Positions 1 through 10,119 of a stretch of 64,000 bases of DNA are shown in pieces. Under the pieces are notes generated by a model that did no database searches, was not told the origin of the DNA, and worked only from the letters and a program-made list of their open reading frames with translations. The stretch's first letter is position 1; the number at the start of each line of letters is the position of its first letter. Source of the DNA: Sphaerochaetaceae bacterium (GTDB lineage Bacteria; Bacillota_I; Bacilli_A; RF39; UBA660); assembly GCA_963609095.1 (NCBI GenBank), contig CAVDHX010000024.1, positions 7,126 through 71,125 of the forward strand, in the 5' to 3' direction. The position numbers were made by a program, and so were the translations under genes.

Positions 1-1
1 A

Positions 2-1213
2 AAAATTTCTGAAATTATAAATACTCCTTATAATGGAAAGCAACAATTTGTTTTGGTTCAAGCCACTGGTGGTAGTGGAGCAGGACAACACTGGGTTGCT
101 GTTGATCATGTTGAAAATGGTGTTGTTTATGTATTGGATCCATCTTCTTCAGATGAAGGGCTTACTGATGTTACAACGATGCACAGATGGGGATTAGGAG
201 AAATTAATCTTTATGCTTTGTATGCTGATGATGTTGATTTTGGTAAAACCGGTAGTTCTAGTGGAACGTCAAGTAGTGAAGCTAATTCTAAAGTGGAAAG
301 TTATTTAAGTGAAATGAAGAAAATTGCTGATGATGATACACATGGATATAGTATGGATGCAAGAAATGGACCTGATTATGATTGCTCTTCATTTATATAT
401 TATTCGCTTGTAAATGCAGGTATTTTAAGTGGAAGTGAGCCGTTTGTTACGTCAAATATGGGACAAGTTTTAAAAGATGCTGGATTTACAGAAATTGCTT
501 ATAGTATAGATTCTTTACAAAAGGGTGATATAGTTGTTGATACTAGAGAAGGTGCTAGTGGGCACACTACTACAATATATAGTGTTGATGGTGATAATAT
601 TAAACAAATAGCCGCTCATCGTAATTATGATGGTGTTTCTGGGGATTCTAGTGGTACTGAGATAAACATTTCAGATTATTCTGAAGGTAGTCATCAATAT
701 ACATACATTTATAGATTAAGTGGTGCGAATAGTAGTTGTGATAGTGATACTGGTAGTGGTGAAATAGTTATTCCAGAAGAATTCGGTGATGGTGGATATA
801 CTGTTACATTTTATTCTAATGCTGATAATAGTTGGAATTGGGCACAAGGTACTGATCAAGGAAAACTTTATTATGATACTTGGATTCCTGATGGTAGTAA
901 TTTTGATAATGGAATAGCAACATATCAAGGAAGATATTTAATTGCTTGTACGACAACATTTGGAAATGTTGGTGATAAAGTTGACTTTTTCTTGGATGAT
1001 GGAACTAAAATACCATGTATAATAGCTGATACAAAAAACCCTAATGATGCCGGATGTAATGAATGGGGTCATGGAAATGGTAAAAATGTTATTGAGTTTG
1101 AAGTTTCTAAGGAATATTATAATAGATATGGAAATCCTGGCAATAATGGTTGGTTTTCTGAATGGGGTGGAAAACGTGTTGCTAGTGCTACTAACTTAGG
1201 TTCTATTTGGTAA
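2..1213 (+). CDS. 5'-truncated multidomain secreted cell-wall hydrolase: papain/C39-like peptidase tail, Ser/Gly linkers, CHAP/NlpC-P60-like Cys...His domain, C-terminal 3D/DPBB-like domain
   Basis: The frame is open to the window's 5' edge. Domain 1 carries HWVAV...D motifs and domain 2 carries DCSSF...GHTTTIY. The C-terminal Asp-rich IIADTKNPND block resembles 3D domains. G+C is visibly higher than in neighbours. Confidence 0.5.
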   Translation, partial: KISEIINTPYNGKQQFVLVQATGGSGAGQHWVAVDHVENGVVYVLDPSSSDEGLTDVTTMHRWGLGEINLYALYADDVDFGKTGSSSGTSSSEANSKVESYLSEMKKIADDDTHGYSMDARNGPDYDCSSFIYYSLVNAGILSGSEPFVTSNMGQVLKDAGFTEIAYSIDSLQKGDIVVDTREGASGHTTTIYSVDGDNIKQIAAHRNYDGVSGDSSGTEINISDYSEGSHQYTYIYRLSGANSSCDSDTGSGEIVIPEEFGDGGYTVTFYSNADNSWNWAQGTDQGKLYYDTWIPDGSNFDNGIATYQGRYLIACTTTFGNVGDKVDFFLDDGTKIPCIIADTKNPNDAGCNEWGHGNGKNVIEFEVSKEYYNRYGNPGNNGWFSEWGGKRVASATNLGSIW

Positions 1214-1243
1214 TTATTAAAAAACAGCAAAAATTTTGCTGTT

Positions 1244-1798
1244 TTAATTTTTTTTGGCGTTTTTAGTTTTAATGTTAACAAATTTAAGATTAATTTTGTT
1301 ATTATTTAATATATCTTGTATTTCTTTGTAATAATTTTCAGCTTGGGTTTTCATTGTACTACATTGCTGTGTTTGATTATTATTAGTAATAATTTTACAT
1401 TTGAACTTTTTATTTTTATAGGTTCCTTCTTGATACGATATGCCATAATTACCATTGTTGTCAAATCCATCTTCTTGATAACTGATGAATATGCTATTAT
1501 CTTTTTTATAATTTAAAATTGTTACAGAAGTTTTTTCATTTTGCTTTCTTATTTCTTTAGAAAAAATGTAATCATTTGATAGTGCTTTTTCAGTAATGCT
1601 TTCATCAATTTTTTTATAATATATTTTGTCTTCATTTGTTTTATAATTGTTTTTATTTAGGTAATTATATAAATTGTTGTTATTTATCTTGTTTTCTATT
1701 TTTATAAATGCAAAGATGCCTATACATATTATAATTGTAAATATTATGATTATTTTAATATATGTTAAAATTTTCTTAACTTTATTATCATCTTCCAT
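1244..1798 (-). CDS. hypothetical Asn/Lys-rich protein with N-terminal TM anchor
   Basis: 184-aa ORF with an N-terminal hydrophobic helix and low-complexity N/K-rich sequence. A hairpin plus T-run lies downstream at 1213-1243. Confidence 0.4.
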   Translation of the reverse strand: MEDDNKVKKILTYIKIIIIFTIIICIGIFAFIKIENKINNNNLYNYLNKNNYKTNEDKIYYKKIDESITEKALSNDYIFSKEIRKQNEKTSVTILNYKKDNSIFISYQEDGFDNNGNYGISYQEGTYKNKKFKCKIITNNNQTQQCSTMKTQAENYYKEIQDILNNNKINLKFVNIKTKNAKKN

Positions 1799-1936
1799 GT
1801 TATTTGTCCTCCTATCTTCTATTAAAATTATAGCAATTTATAAAATAATTATCAATGAAATTTCTGTTTTTAGATGTTAAAATTTGACTTATAAAATCTA
1901 GTTTGTTAAAATCTTATGTAGAATGGAGATGTTAAT

Positions 1937-2650
1937 ATGACACCACACAATAGTGCGAAGGAAAATGAAATTGCTAAAACTGTTATTATGCCTGGAGATC
2001 CTTTAAGGGCAAAGTATATAGCAGAAAAGTATTTAGATGATTATAAATTGGTTTCATCTGTTAGAAATATTTATGCTTATACTGGATTTTATAAAGGTAA
2101 AGAAGTTACTGTTATGGCTTCTGGTATGGGAATGCCTAGTATGGGTATATATTCATATGAGTTATATAAAAATTATAATGTTGATGAAATTATTAGAATT
2201 GGTTCTTGTGGAGCTTATGATGAAAATATGAGGTTATTTGATATTATTTTATCTACTTGTTGTTATAGTGAAAGTAATTTTGCTTTGACTTTAAATAATG
2301 ATGATTGTCATGTTGCTTATAGTGATGAAGATTTAAATGTAAAAATTGAAAAGGTAGCTTATGAAAATAATATTAAATTATATAAAGGAACAACTGCTTG
2401 TTTAGATTGTTTTGATTTATATATGTCTGATATTAGTAAGTTTTTTGAAAGAATGCCAAAGAACATTAATCCAATTGCGGCTGAGATGGAAGCTTTTGCT
2501 TTGTTTTATACAGCTAAGATGTTAAATAAAAAGGCTGCTTGTTTAATGAGTGTTGTTGATAGCAAATATATTAAAGAAGTTGCTAGTAGTGAGCAAAGAG
2601 AACAAGGTTTAGATAAGATGATTTTATTAGCTTTAGATTCAATTATTTAA
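1937..2650 (+). CDS. deoD: purine nucleoside phosphorylase, DeoD-type
   Basis: 237 aa. N-terminal TVIMPGDPLRAKYIAEKYLDD and the GMGMPS/SCGA motifs are typical of DeoD family PNPs. Confidence 0.85.
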   Translation: MTPHNSAKENEIAKTVIMPGDPLRAKYIAEKYLDDYKLVSSVRNIYAYTGFYKGKEVTVMASGMGMPSMGIYSYELYKNYNVDEIIRIGSCGAYDENMRLFDIILSTCCYSESNFALTLNNDDCHVAYSDEDLNVKIEKVAYENNIKLYKGTTACLDCFDLYMSDISKFFERMPKNINPIAAEMEAFALFYTAKMLNKKAACLMSVVDSKYIKEVASSEQREQGLDKMILLALDSII

Positions 2651-2692
2651 ATCTTTTTTTAAAAATTGTTTATAATAAAAATGAGGTGAATT

Positions 2693-3961
2693 ATGGAATA
2701 TTTTAATTATGATATTGATAATTATAAGGTTCATATTATTAAAACGGATAAGTTTAAGACGGTTGCTTTAAATGTGTCTATTCGTTTTGATGATAGAAGG
2801 GAAGATATTAAATATTTTGGATTATTAAAAAGAATGCTTGTTAATACTAGTAAGTATTATGAAAGCATTCGTGATTTAAATATTGCTTGTAGTAGGATTT
2901 ATGATCCGGTTTATTCTGTTAATGTTTTATCTAGTGGTTCTCAAGATATATTAGAATTAGAGGCTAGTTTTTCTAATGAAAAGTATACTGAATGTGGTAT
3001 GAATGAAAAAGCTTTAAAATTTTTACTTGATGTTTTATTTGAACCTAGAATAATTGATGATGGTTTTGATAATGAAATTTTTAAAATACAAAAAGAAAAG
3101 GTATTAGAAGATTTAAGAAATATAAAAAATAATCCTCGAAGGTATGCGGAGATAAGACTTTTAGAATGTATGAAGGTAAGAGAGTATGATGTGATTAAGA
3201 TAGATGAATTAATTTCAGAAATATCAAGTTTAACTTCAAAGGAATTGTATAGTTTTTATAAGTATATAATGGAAAATGGTGTTTTAGATATTACTTTATG
3301 TGGTGATTTAGATGAAAATATACTTGATGTTTTTAAGAAGTATGTAAAGTTTGATGGGAAGTATATTCATAAAAATCATGTTATAAATCAAAGGTCATAT
3401 AATAAAGAAGCTAATGTTGTTATTGAGGATTCAAATAATACTCAAAGTAATTTAATTGTTGGCTGTAAGCTTTTAGATTTAACTGATTTTGAAAGAAATT
3501 ATGTTTTGGTTTTATATTCATGGATTTTAGGTGGTGGTATGGGATCACTTTTAAATCAAACGGTTAGGGAAAAAAATTCTCTTTGTTATTATATTTATGC
3601 GGTTAGGCAATATTTATTAAGTACAGTTAAGATATATGCGGGTATAAATGCTTCTGATTATGATAAGACGTATGAACTTATTAAAAAGGAAATGAAGAAT
3701 ATGGAAGATGGTAATTTTTCTTTGGATTTGTTAAATAGTGTTAAGGAGATATATTATAATTCTTTAATTAGGATGGAAGATAGTAATGCTGATATTGTTT
3801 ATGGTTTTAATATGATGTTATTTACTGGTATGGATAAGTTAGAAGAAAGAAAAGAAAAGATGAAGAGTGTTACTAAGGAAGATGTTATAAAATTAGCTAA
3901 AAAGGTTCATATTGATACAGTGTATTTATTAAAAGGAGTAAGTGGAAATGGAGAAGCATAG
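2693..3961 (+). CDS. M16-family peptidase-like protein, non-catalytic partner
   Basis: 422 aa, pitrilysin-like length and fold signature, but no HxxEH motif. It is paired with a downstream active M16 gene, ymfF/ymfH-like. Confidence 0.65.
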   Translation: MEYFNYDIDNYKVHIIKTDKFKTVALNVSIRFDDRREDIKYFGLLKRMLVNTSKYYESIRDLNIACSRIYDPVYSVNVLSSGSQDILELEASFSNEKYTECGMNEKALKFLLDVLFEPRIIDDGFDNEIFKIQKEKVLEDLRNIKNNPRRYAEIRLLECMKVREYDVIKIDELISEISSLTSKELYSFYKYIMENGVLDITLCGDLDENILDVFKKYVKFDGKYIHKNHVINQRSYNKEANVVIEDSNNTQSNLIVGCKLLDLTDFERNYVLVLYSWILGGGMGSLLNQTVREKNSLCYYIYAVRQYLLSTVKIYAGINASDYDKTYELIKKEMKNMEDGNFSLDLLNSVKEIYYNSLIRMEDSNADIVYGFNMMLFTGMDKLEERKEKMKSVTKEDVIKLAKKVHIDTVYLLKGVSGNGEA

Positions 3962-5216
3962 TTATAAAATAATAAATTTGGATGTTTATGAAGAGGTTTT
4001 AGATAATGGTTTAAGGGTTTATATTAGTAAAATTAAAAGAAATAGTATTCATGCGAGGATAACTACTTTTTTTGGGGGGTCAATTTTAGAATTTAAAAGT
4101 AATGGTAAAGATTATAAGATGCCTGGAGGGGTTGCTCATTTTTTAGAACATAAGATGTTTGAAAGTAAAGATGGGATAGATCCACTTGTTATTTATGAAA
4201 ATAATGGTGCTTCTGCAAATGCTTTTACTAATGAATTTATTACGGCTTATCATTTTACTGGGGCTAGTCATTTTGAAGAAAATTTGAATACTTTACTTAC
4301 TTGTGTTCATAGTCCATATTTTACTGATGAGAATGTTTTAAAGGAAAAGGGAATAATTTCTCAAGAGAAAAAGCAAGATTTGGATAATCCATTTTCAATT
4401 GCTTATGATAAATCTTTGGAAACTACTTTTTATAATTTGGATTTTAAAAATACGGTACTTGGTTCTTTAGAGAATATTAATAGTATAACTAAAGAAGATT
4501 TATATAATTGTTATAATACTTTTTATCATCCTAGTAATATGATTTTGACAATTAGTGGTGATGTTGATGTTGATAAGACTATGGATTTGATTAGAAAATT
4601 TTATAGTAAATTGAAGTTTCCTATGAAACCTGAAATTGAGATTGTTAAAAAAAGGGAACCTGAAGAGGTTGTAAGTGAAAAAGAGGTTATTTTTAAAAAG
4701 GATTATAAGTCTAATACTATGATTATTAATTACAAAATAAAAAACAATCATTTTATAAAGGATGATTATTTGAATAGAGTATATTTGTCATTGCTTTTGG
4801 ATATGAAGTTTGGTTCTATTTCTAAGATTGTTGATGTTTTATCTCATAATAAAGATGTTTTATCACCACTTTCTGCTTATATGATGGCAGTTGATGATTA
4901 TTTTATTTTATCATTTGGTATTATTTCTAATGATGAGGGTGTTATTGATTTAATTGATAATACACTTAAGGATAAAACATTTAGTGAGGAAGATTTTGAT
5001 TTAATTAAGAAGGTTACTTTAAATAATATTCTTTTGTCTACTGAAAATGCGAGTGGTGTATGTAGTTTGATTTCTAATCAAGTTTATTTCTTTAATAATC
5101 CTGTTTATGATATGTATGAAAAGTTAAAAAATTTAGATTTTGAAACTTTTAAAAATTATGTTGATAATTTAAATTTAGATAATAGAAGTATTGTTATGTT
5201 AAAAGGTCATGATTGA
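3942..5216 (+). CDS. M16-family zinc peptidase, active subunit
   Basis: 424 aa with the inverted zinc-binding motif HFLEH (GVAHFLEHKMFES). It overlaps the upstream M16 partner. Confidence 0.8.
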   Translation: MEMEKHSYKIINLDVYEEVLDNGLRVYISKIKRNSIHARITTFFGGSILEFKSNGKDYKMPGGVAHFLEHKMFESKDGIDPLVIYENNGASANAFTNEFITAYHFTGASHFEENLNTLLTCVHSPYFTDENVLKEKGIISQEKKQDLDNPFSIAYDKSLETTFYNLDFKNTVLGSLENINSITKEDLYNCYNTFYHPSNMILTISGDVDVDKTMDLIRKFYSKLKFPMKPEIEIVKKREPEEVVSEKEVIFKKDYKSNTMIINYKIKNNHFIKDDYLNRVYLSLLLDMKFGSISKIVDVLSHNKDVLSPLSAYMMAVDDYFILSFGIISNDEGVIDLIDNTLKDKTFSEEDFDLIKKVTLNNILLSTENASGVCSLISNQVYFFNNPVYDMYEKLKNLDFETFKNYVDNLNLDNRSIVMLKGHD

Positions 5217-5780
5217 TCTTTTATTTTTTATTTTTCCTAATAAATTTAATTCATTTTCTATTTTTTTTAATTCATTTTCGTTTATTTTAAATTCATAGAT
5301 TATTTTATTTTCAAATGTTTTTTTAATATTTATGTTTTTTAATAGGTAATTTATTTTTTTAATATTATTGTAATCGAATTCATATGTTATTTCATATCCT
5401 TTTGTTAAATTGATTATTTCGCATTTATTTAGTGCTTCACTAGCACTGGTTGAATAGGCTCTGATGAGTCCACCTGCACCTAATTTAATACCACCGAAGT
5501 ATCTTATTACTACGCATAATATATTTTTTAAATCATTTTGTTTTAATACATTTAAAATTGGGTTTCCAGCAGTACCACTTGGTTCACCATTATCGGAACA
5601 TTTTTCATGGTTATTTATTATATATCCGTAGCAGTAATGAGTGGCGTTTGGATATGTTTTTTTAATATTATTTAAATATGTATTAAAGTTATCTAAGGTG
5701 CTGAATGGTGTTATTATTGTTATAAATTTTGATTTATTTATTATTATTTCATTTGTTATTTCTTTTTTTATACTTTTCAT
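5199..5780 (-). CDS. yigZ: YigZ/IMPACT family protein (UPF0029)
   Basis: Carries the GEPSGTAG and RYFGGIKLGAGGL motifs characteristic of YigZ/IMPACT. Confidence 0.8.
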   Translation of the reverse strand: MKSIKKEITNEIIINKSKFITIITPFSTLDNFNTYLNNIKKTYPNATHYCYGYIINNHEKCSDNGEPSGTAGNPILNVLKQNDLKNILCVVIRYFGGIKLGAGGLIRAYSTSASEALNKCEIINLTKGYEITYEFDYNNIKKINYLLKNINIKKTFENKIIYEFKINENELKKIENELNLLGKIKNKRSIMTF

Positions 5781-5878
5781 TGAATCACCATTTAAATTAT
5801 AAATAATTAAGTTTTAAAAATCAATATTGATAAAATAATAATAATTAATTATAATTATTAGGAAGGAGGGTTAGTTTT

Positions 5879-7630
5879 ATGGTTTTAGAAAAGTTAAAGT
5901 TAGTTCCTCATAAACCTGGGTGCTATTTAATGAAAAATTCTGATGGGGTAATTATTTATGTTGGTAAGGCTAAAGATTTAAGAAATAGGTTAAATTCTTA
6001 TTTTCATTCATCTCATACTGGTAAAACTGCTCGCCTTGTTGAGGAAATTGCTGATTTTGATTATATTGTAGTTTCATCTGAAACTGAATCTTTAATATTA
6101 GAGATTAATTTAATTAAAAAGCATGACCCTAAGTTTAATATTTTATTAAGGGATGATAAGAGTTATCCTTATATTGAACTTACTGAAGATAAGGTTCCGA
6201 GGTTACTTGTTGTAAGAAATGTTCATAGAAAGAAGAGAAAAACTAGGTTATTTGGACCTTATCCAAATGTTTATGCGGCTAGGAAGGTTGTTAATTTATT
6301 AAATAGATTGTATCCTTTAAGAAAGTGCAGTAGTTATCAGAAAAGACCTTGTTTATATTATCATATTAATCAATGTTTAGGTTATTGTGCGAATGATGTT
6401 CCTAAAGAAAAAATAGAGGTAATGGAAAAAGAAATTATAAGTTTTTTGAAGGGAAATCATGAGATAGTAACTGATAAAATATATAGTGAGATTAAAAAAG
6501 AAAGTGAGTTATTACATTTTGAAAAGGCTTTAGAATTAAAGCAACTTCTTGATGATATAAATGTTGTTTTGGTTAAACAAAAGATTGAAATAAATGATAA
6601 TGTTGATAGGGATATATTTGGATATTTTAATGATGAGAATTATTTAAGTGTTTTTATATTTTTTGTAAGGGGAAGTAAGATTATTGGCCATCATCATCAA
6701 ATTATTCCTTTGGTTGATACGAAAGAAGAAGAATTTACTAGATATATTGCGAAATTTTATGAGAAATCTTTGATTCCTAAGGAAGTACTTATGCCTAATA
6801 TTATTGATTCTAATTTACTTATGGAGTATTTAAATACTAAGGTTTATATTCCTTTAAAAGGGGTTAAAAAGAAATTGGTTGATATGGCTAGTGATAATGC
6901 GAAGAAGAATTTACTTGATGAATTGGAACTTTTAAATAGAAATGAAGAGAAAACTTGGAAGGCGAATGATGAGCTTAGAAAGTTATTAGGTATGGAAAAA
7001 CTTGATAGAATTGAAATATTTGATAATGCTCATTTGTTTGGAACTTATAATGTTTCTGGTATGGTTGTTTTTATTGATGGAGTTGGTGTAAAAAATGAGT
7101 ACCGTAAATTTAAAATATCTTTTGATAAAAATGATGATTATGGAACGATGAAGGAAGCTTTATATCGAAGATATTTTAGGGTTTTAAAGGATAATTTAGT
7201 TAAACCTGATTTGATAATTGTTGATGGTGGAATTGGGCAGATGAATGCGGCTTTAGAAATACTTGATAGTTTAGGTTTAAATATTAATTTGGTTGGTTTA
7301 AAGAAGGATGATAAGCATTCTACTAATGCACTTGTTACTTTTGATGGTGAGATTCCAATTGAAAAACGTAGTAATTTATTTCATTATTTGGAAAGAATGC
7401 AGGATGAGGTTCATAATTTTACAATAAATTATCATAAGCAAATTAGGAGTAAAGGGGTTTATTCAAGTATATTGGATGATATTTCTGGAATAGGGGATAA
7501 AAGGAAAAAAGAATTACTTAAAAAATATAAAACGATTGATAATATTAAAAAACAATCAGTAGAAGAACTTTCTAGTATTTTGCCTAAATCGGTTGCAGAA
7601 GGTCTTTTGAATATTTTAAAAAATATTTAA
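5879..7630 (+). CDS. uvrC: excinuclease ABC subunit C
   Basis: 583 aa. Has an N-terminal GIY-YIG (GCYLMKN...IIYVGKAKDLRNRL), a UvrBC domain, an RNase H-like domain and a C-terminal HhH. Confidence 0.9.
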   Translation: MVLEKLKLVPHKPGCYLMKNSDGVIIYVGKAKDLRNRLNSYFHSSHTGKTARLVEEIADFDYIVVSSETESLILEINLIKKHDPKFNILLRDDKSYPYIELTEDKVPRLLVVRNVHRKKRKTRLFGPYPNVYAARKVVNLLNRLYPLRKCSSYQKRPCLYYHINQCLGYCANDVPKEKIEVMEKEIISFLKGNHEIVTDKIYSEIKKESELLHFEKALELKQLLDDINVVLVKQKIEINDNVDRDIFGYFNDENYLSVFIFFVRGSKIIGHHHQIIPLVDTKEEEFTRYIAKFYEKSLIPKEVLMPNIIDSNLLMEYLNTKVYIPLKGVKKKLVDMASDNAKKNLLDELELLNRNEEKTWKANDELRKLLGMEKLDRIEIFDNAHLFGTYNVSGMVVFIDGVGVKNEYRKFKISFDKNDDYGTMKEALYRRYFRVLKDNLVKPDLIIVDGGIGQMNAALEILDSLGLNINLVGLKKDDKHSTNALVTFDGEIPIEKRSNLFHYLERMQDEVHNFTINYHKQIRSKGVYSSILDDISGIGDKRKKELLKKYKTIDNIKKQSVEELSSILPKSVAEGLLNILKNI

Positions 7631-7681
7631 GGTAAATTTTCTTTTTTATAAAAATATAGTATAATTGTTGTGGTGATATAA

Positions 7682-8989
7682 ATGTTTGAAAATTTAGGAG
7701 ATAGATTACAAAATGCTTTAAATAAAATAAAAGGTTATGGTAAGATTACTGAGGAAAATATTAGTGATGTTACAAGAGAAATTAGACTTGCTTTATTGGA
7801 GGCTGATGTTAATTATAAGGTTGTTAAGGAGTTCATTAATGATGTTAAGGAAAAGGCTTTAGGTGAAGAGGTTAGTAAGAGTTTAAAGCCTGGTGAAGAG
7901 TTTGTAAAGATAGTTAAAGATGAATTAACTGAATTACTTGGAAAAGAAGATGAACCGTTAATTATTGTAAAGCCGATGACTATTTTGATGATGGCTGGTT
8001 TACAGGGTTCTGGTAAAACAACAACTACTGGTAAACTTGCTTTACTTTTGAGAAAAAAATTTGGTATGAAGCCATTAATGGTAGCTTGTGATGTTTATAG
8101 ACCGGCTGCAATCGATCAATTAAAACAATTAGGTAAAGAACTTAATATTGAAGTATATTCTGAAGGTAAAGGTAATCCAGTTGAGATTGCGAAAAATGGT
8201 GTTGAATATGCTAGAGAAAATGGATATAATTATGTTTTGATTGATACGGCTGGTAGATTACATATTGATGATGAATTAATGGAAGAGTTACAAAACATTA
8301 ATGAAGATGTTAAGCCTAATGAGATTTTACTTGTAATTGACAGTATGATGGGTCAGGATGCTGTAAATGTAATTACTGGTTTTAATGATAGATTGCCACT
8401 TACTGGGGCTGTTTTAACTAAATTAGATGGTGATACTAAAGGTGGAGCGGCTTTATCTATTAGACATTTGACAAATATTCCTATTAAGTTTATTGGTGTA
8501 TCTGAAAAAATGGATGGATTAGAGCCCTTTCATCCTGAAAGAATGGCTAGTAGAATTTTAGATATGGGCGATTTAATGGGGATGATTGAGAAGGCTGAGA
8601 GTGTAATTGATGAAAAAGAAGCTATGGAGGCAGCTAAAAAATTACAAAAGGGTAAGTTTGATTTAGAGGATTTTTTGAATCAATTAAATCAAATTAAGAA
8701 GTTAGGACCACTTGAAAATTTAATTAAGTTGATTCCTGGTGCTAAAAAAATGGGATTAAATAATGTGAGTATTGATCCTAAACAAATGGCTCATATTGAG
8801 GCTATTATATTATCTATGACTTTAGAGGAAAGAAGAAATCCTGATATTTTAAAAGCTAGTAGGAAAAAAAGAATTGCGAGTGGTAGTGGAACTAGTGTAG
8901 AAGAGGTTAATAGACTATTGAAACAATTTGAACAAATGAAAATTATGGTAAAGCAGATGAAAAATGGAAATTTTAAGATGCCTTTTTAG
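7682..8989 (+). CDS. ffh: signal recognition particle protein Ffh
   Basis: 435 aa. Contains the SRP54 N domain, a GTPase domain (GLQGSGKTTT, DTAGR, TKLDG) and a Met-rich M domain. Confidence 0.92.
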   Translation: MFENLGDRLQNALNKIKGYGKITEENISDVTREIRLALLEADVNYKVVKEFINDVKEKALGEEVSKSLKPGEEFVKIVKDELTELLGKEDEPLIIVKPMTILMMAGLQGSGKTTTTGKLALLLRKKFGMKPLMVACDVYRPAAIDQLKQLGKELNIEVYSEGKGNPVEIAKNGVEYARENGYNYVLIDTAGRLHIDDELMEELQNINEDVKPNEILLVIDSMMGQDAVNVITGFNDRLPLTGAVLTKLDGDTKGGAALSIRHLTNIPIKFIGVSEKMDGLEPFHPERMASRILDMGDLMGMIEKAESVIDEKEAMEAAKKLQKGKFDLEDFLNQLNQIKKLGPLENLIKLIPGAKKMGLNNVSIDPKQMAHIEAIILSMTLEERRNPDILKASRKKRIASGSGTSVEEVNRLLKQFEQMKIMVKQMKNGNFKMPF

Positions 8990-9028
8990 ATAGATTTTTA
9001 TCTATCTTTTTATTTAAAAAAATAATGA

Positions 9029-9277
9029 CTAAAAGCCATTATTCATAAATTTACTGCAACATCCAGGATCATTATTAATAATTTGATTTTCTTCAGAGCA
9101 TGAATATTGAGGTGTATAAGTGTGATTATAAATATGTTTATTAATAACATGTGTATGAATTGGACAAATGTGTTTTACCTCGTGACAAAATTGACGTTCT
9201 ACACAGTTTGTCATAATAGGTTCCATAATAGGACAATTTTGCCTTGGCATGCATTTACCAAAATTCTTTTTAAACAT
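9029..9277 (-). CDS. small Cys/His-rich protein, possibly a spore coat or metal-binding protein
   Basis: 82 aa with 11 Cys and several His. A strong RBS (AAGGGGGAT) lies 8 nt before the ATG on the minus strand. Confidence 0.5.
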   Translation of the reverse strand: MFKKNFGKCMPRQNCPIMEPIMTNCVERQFCHEVKHICPIHTHVINKHIYNHTYTPQYSCSEENQIINNDPGCCSKFMNNGF

Positions 9278-9440
9278 TATGTATCCCCCTTATCTAGTTT
9301 ATAATATGAACATTTGTGCTTTTTGAATATGACATTAACACAATTAATAAGTTTTTAAAATTATTAGAATATGTGAAGGATATTAATAAATGAATATTAA
9401 AAAATAAAGAATTTTATGATGAACTTAATTATTATAGTAA

Positions 9441-9462
9441 AAAAAATAATCCCATATGGATT
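9441..9462 (-). terminator. Rho-independent terminator for the HIT-gene transcript
   Basis: Hairpin aatcc-catat-ggatt followed by a T-run on the minus strand. Confidence 0.5.
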
Positions 9463-9616
9463 TTTTTGGTATAAAAAAATTTTTAAAGCACTTAGTAAAT
9501 TAATTTCAAAATTATCTAAAAACATATTAAGTGAAAAAGATATTTATAAGATGTATTAATAATAGTTGAAATGAATGCTTCATATATAAAACTAAGTGCT
9601 TTAAAAATTCAAAAAA

Positions 9617-9982
9617 TTAGTTTTCTAACTTTTTAAATATTTCTTCTACTGGTAGTATTTCCTTTTTATCTTTGTAGTATGGTTTTAAGTGTAGATGAAA
9701 ATGTTTAACTTCCTGAACATCACCATTATTTTGAATTAAAGTTAAACCAGAAGTATTTAATTTTTCATGTAATGTTTTATCAATTTTTCTTGCCACTTTC
9801 ATTATATGTATTAATGTATCATCGTCAATTTCATATAAGTCTTTATAATGCTTTTTAGGAATAATCAAAGTATGTCCATTAGAATCAGGATTTACGTCTA
9901 AAAATACTTTAACTATTTCGTCTTCATATAAAGTATATGAAGGAATTTCATCATTAATAATTTTACAAAATATACAATCCAT
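9617..9982 (-). CDS. hit: HIT-family nucleotide hydrolase
   Basis: Has a CIFCKI N-terminus and the histidine triad HFHLHLKP. Start is placed at MDCIF, with an RBS (AAGTGGTGA) upstream; the longer ORF begins at 10063. Confidence 0.8.
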   Translation of the reverse strand: MDCIFCKIINDEIPSYTLYEDEIVKVFLDVNPDSNGHTLIIPKKHYKDLYEIDDDTLIHIMKVARKIDKTLHEKLNTSGLTLIQNNGDVQEVKHFHLHLKPYYKDKKEILPVEEIFKKLEN

Positions 9983-10119
9983 TTTAATCACCACTTTCAT
10001 TTTATCAATATTTATAAAATGTGTAAATAACTTTATAAAATTATTCATATATAATATTATCAAATATTACCAAATTTATTCAAAAATATATAAAAAAATG
10101 ATAAAATATATAAAGGTGA

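Noticed and set aside
716-928. 70-aa minus-strand ORF inside the hydrolase gene
   Set aside because: Ile/Thr-rich antisense artefact of the Gly/Asp/Ser-rich plus-strand gene.
1316-1880. Plus-strand ORFs 1316-1516 and 1674-1880
   Set aside because: Antisense to the 1244-1798 gene and composed of Ile/Phe/Leu runs typical of AT-rich noise.
2037-2231. Internal ORFs within deoD (2037-2231), the M16 peptidase (4500-4751), sufS (12359-12541), the AMP-ligase (33054-33254), the kinase (33820-34104, 34870-35112), the surface protein (37878-38063), ftsA (58892-59083) and others
   Set aside because: Alternative-frame or antisense ORFs nested in strongly supported genes.
9107-9304. 65-aa plus-strand ORF
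   Set aside because: Fully antisense to the Cys-rich gene, which has a strong RBS, and it has no RBS of its own.
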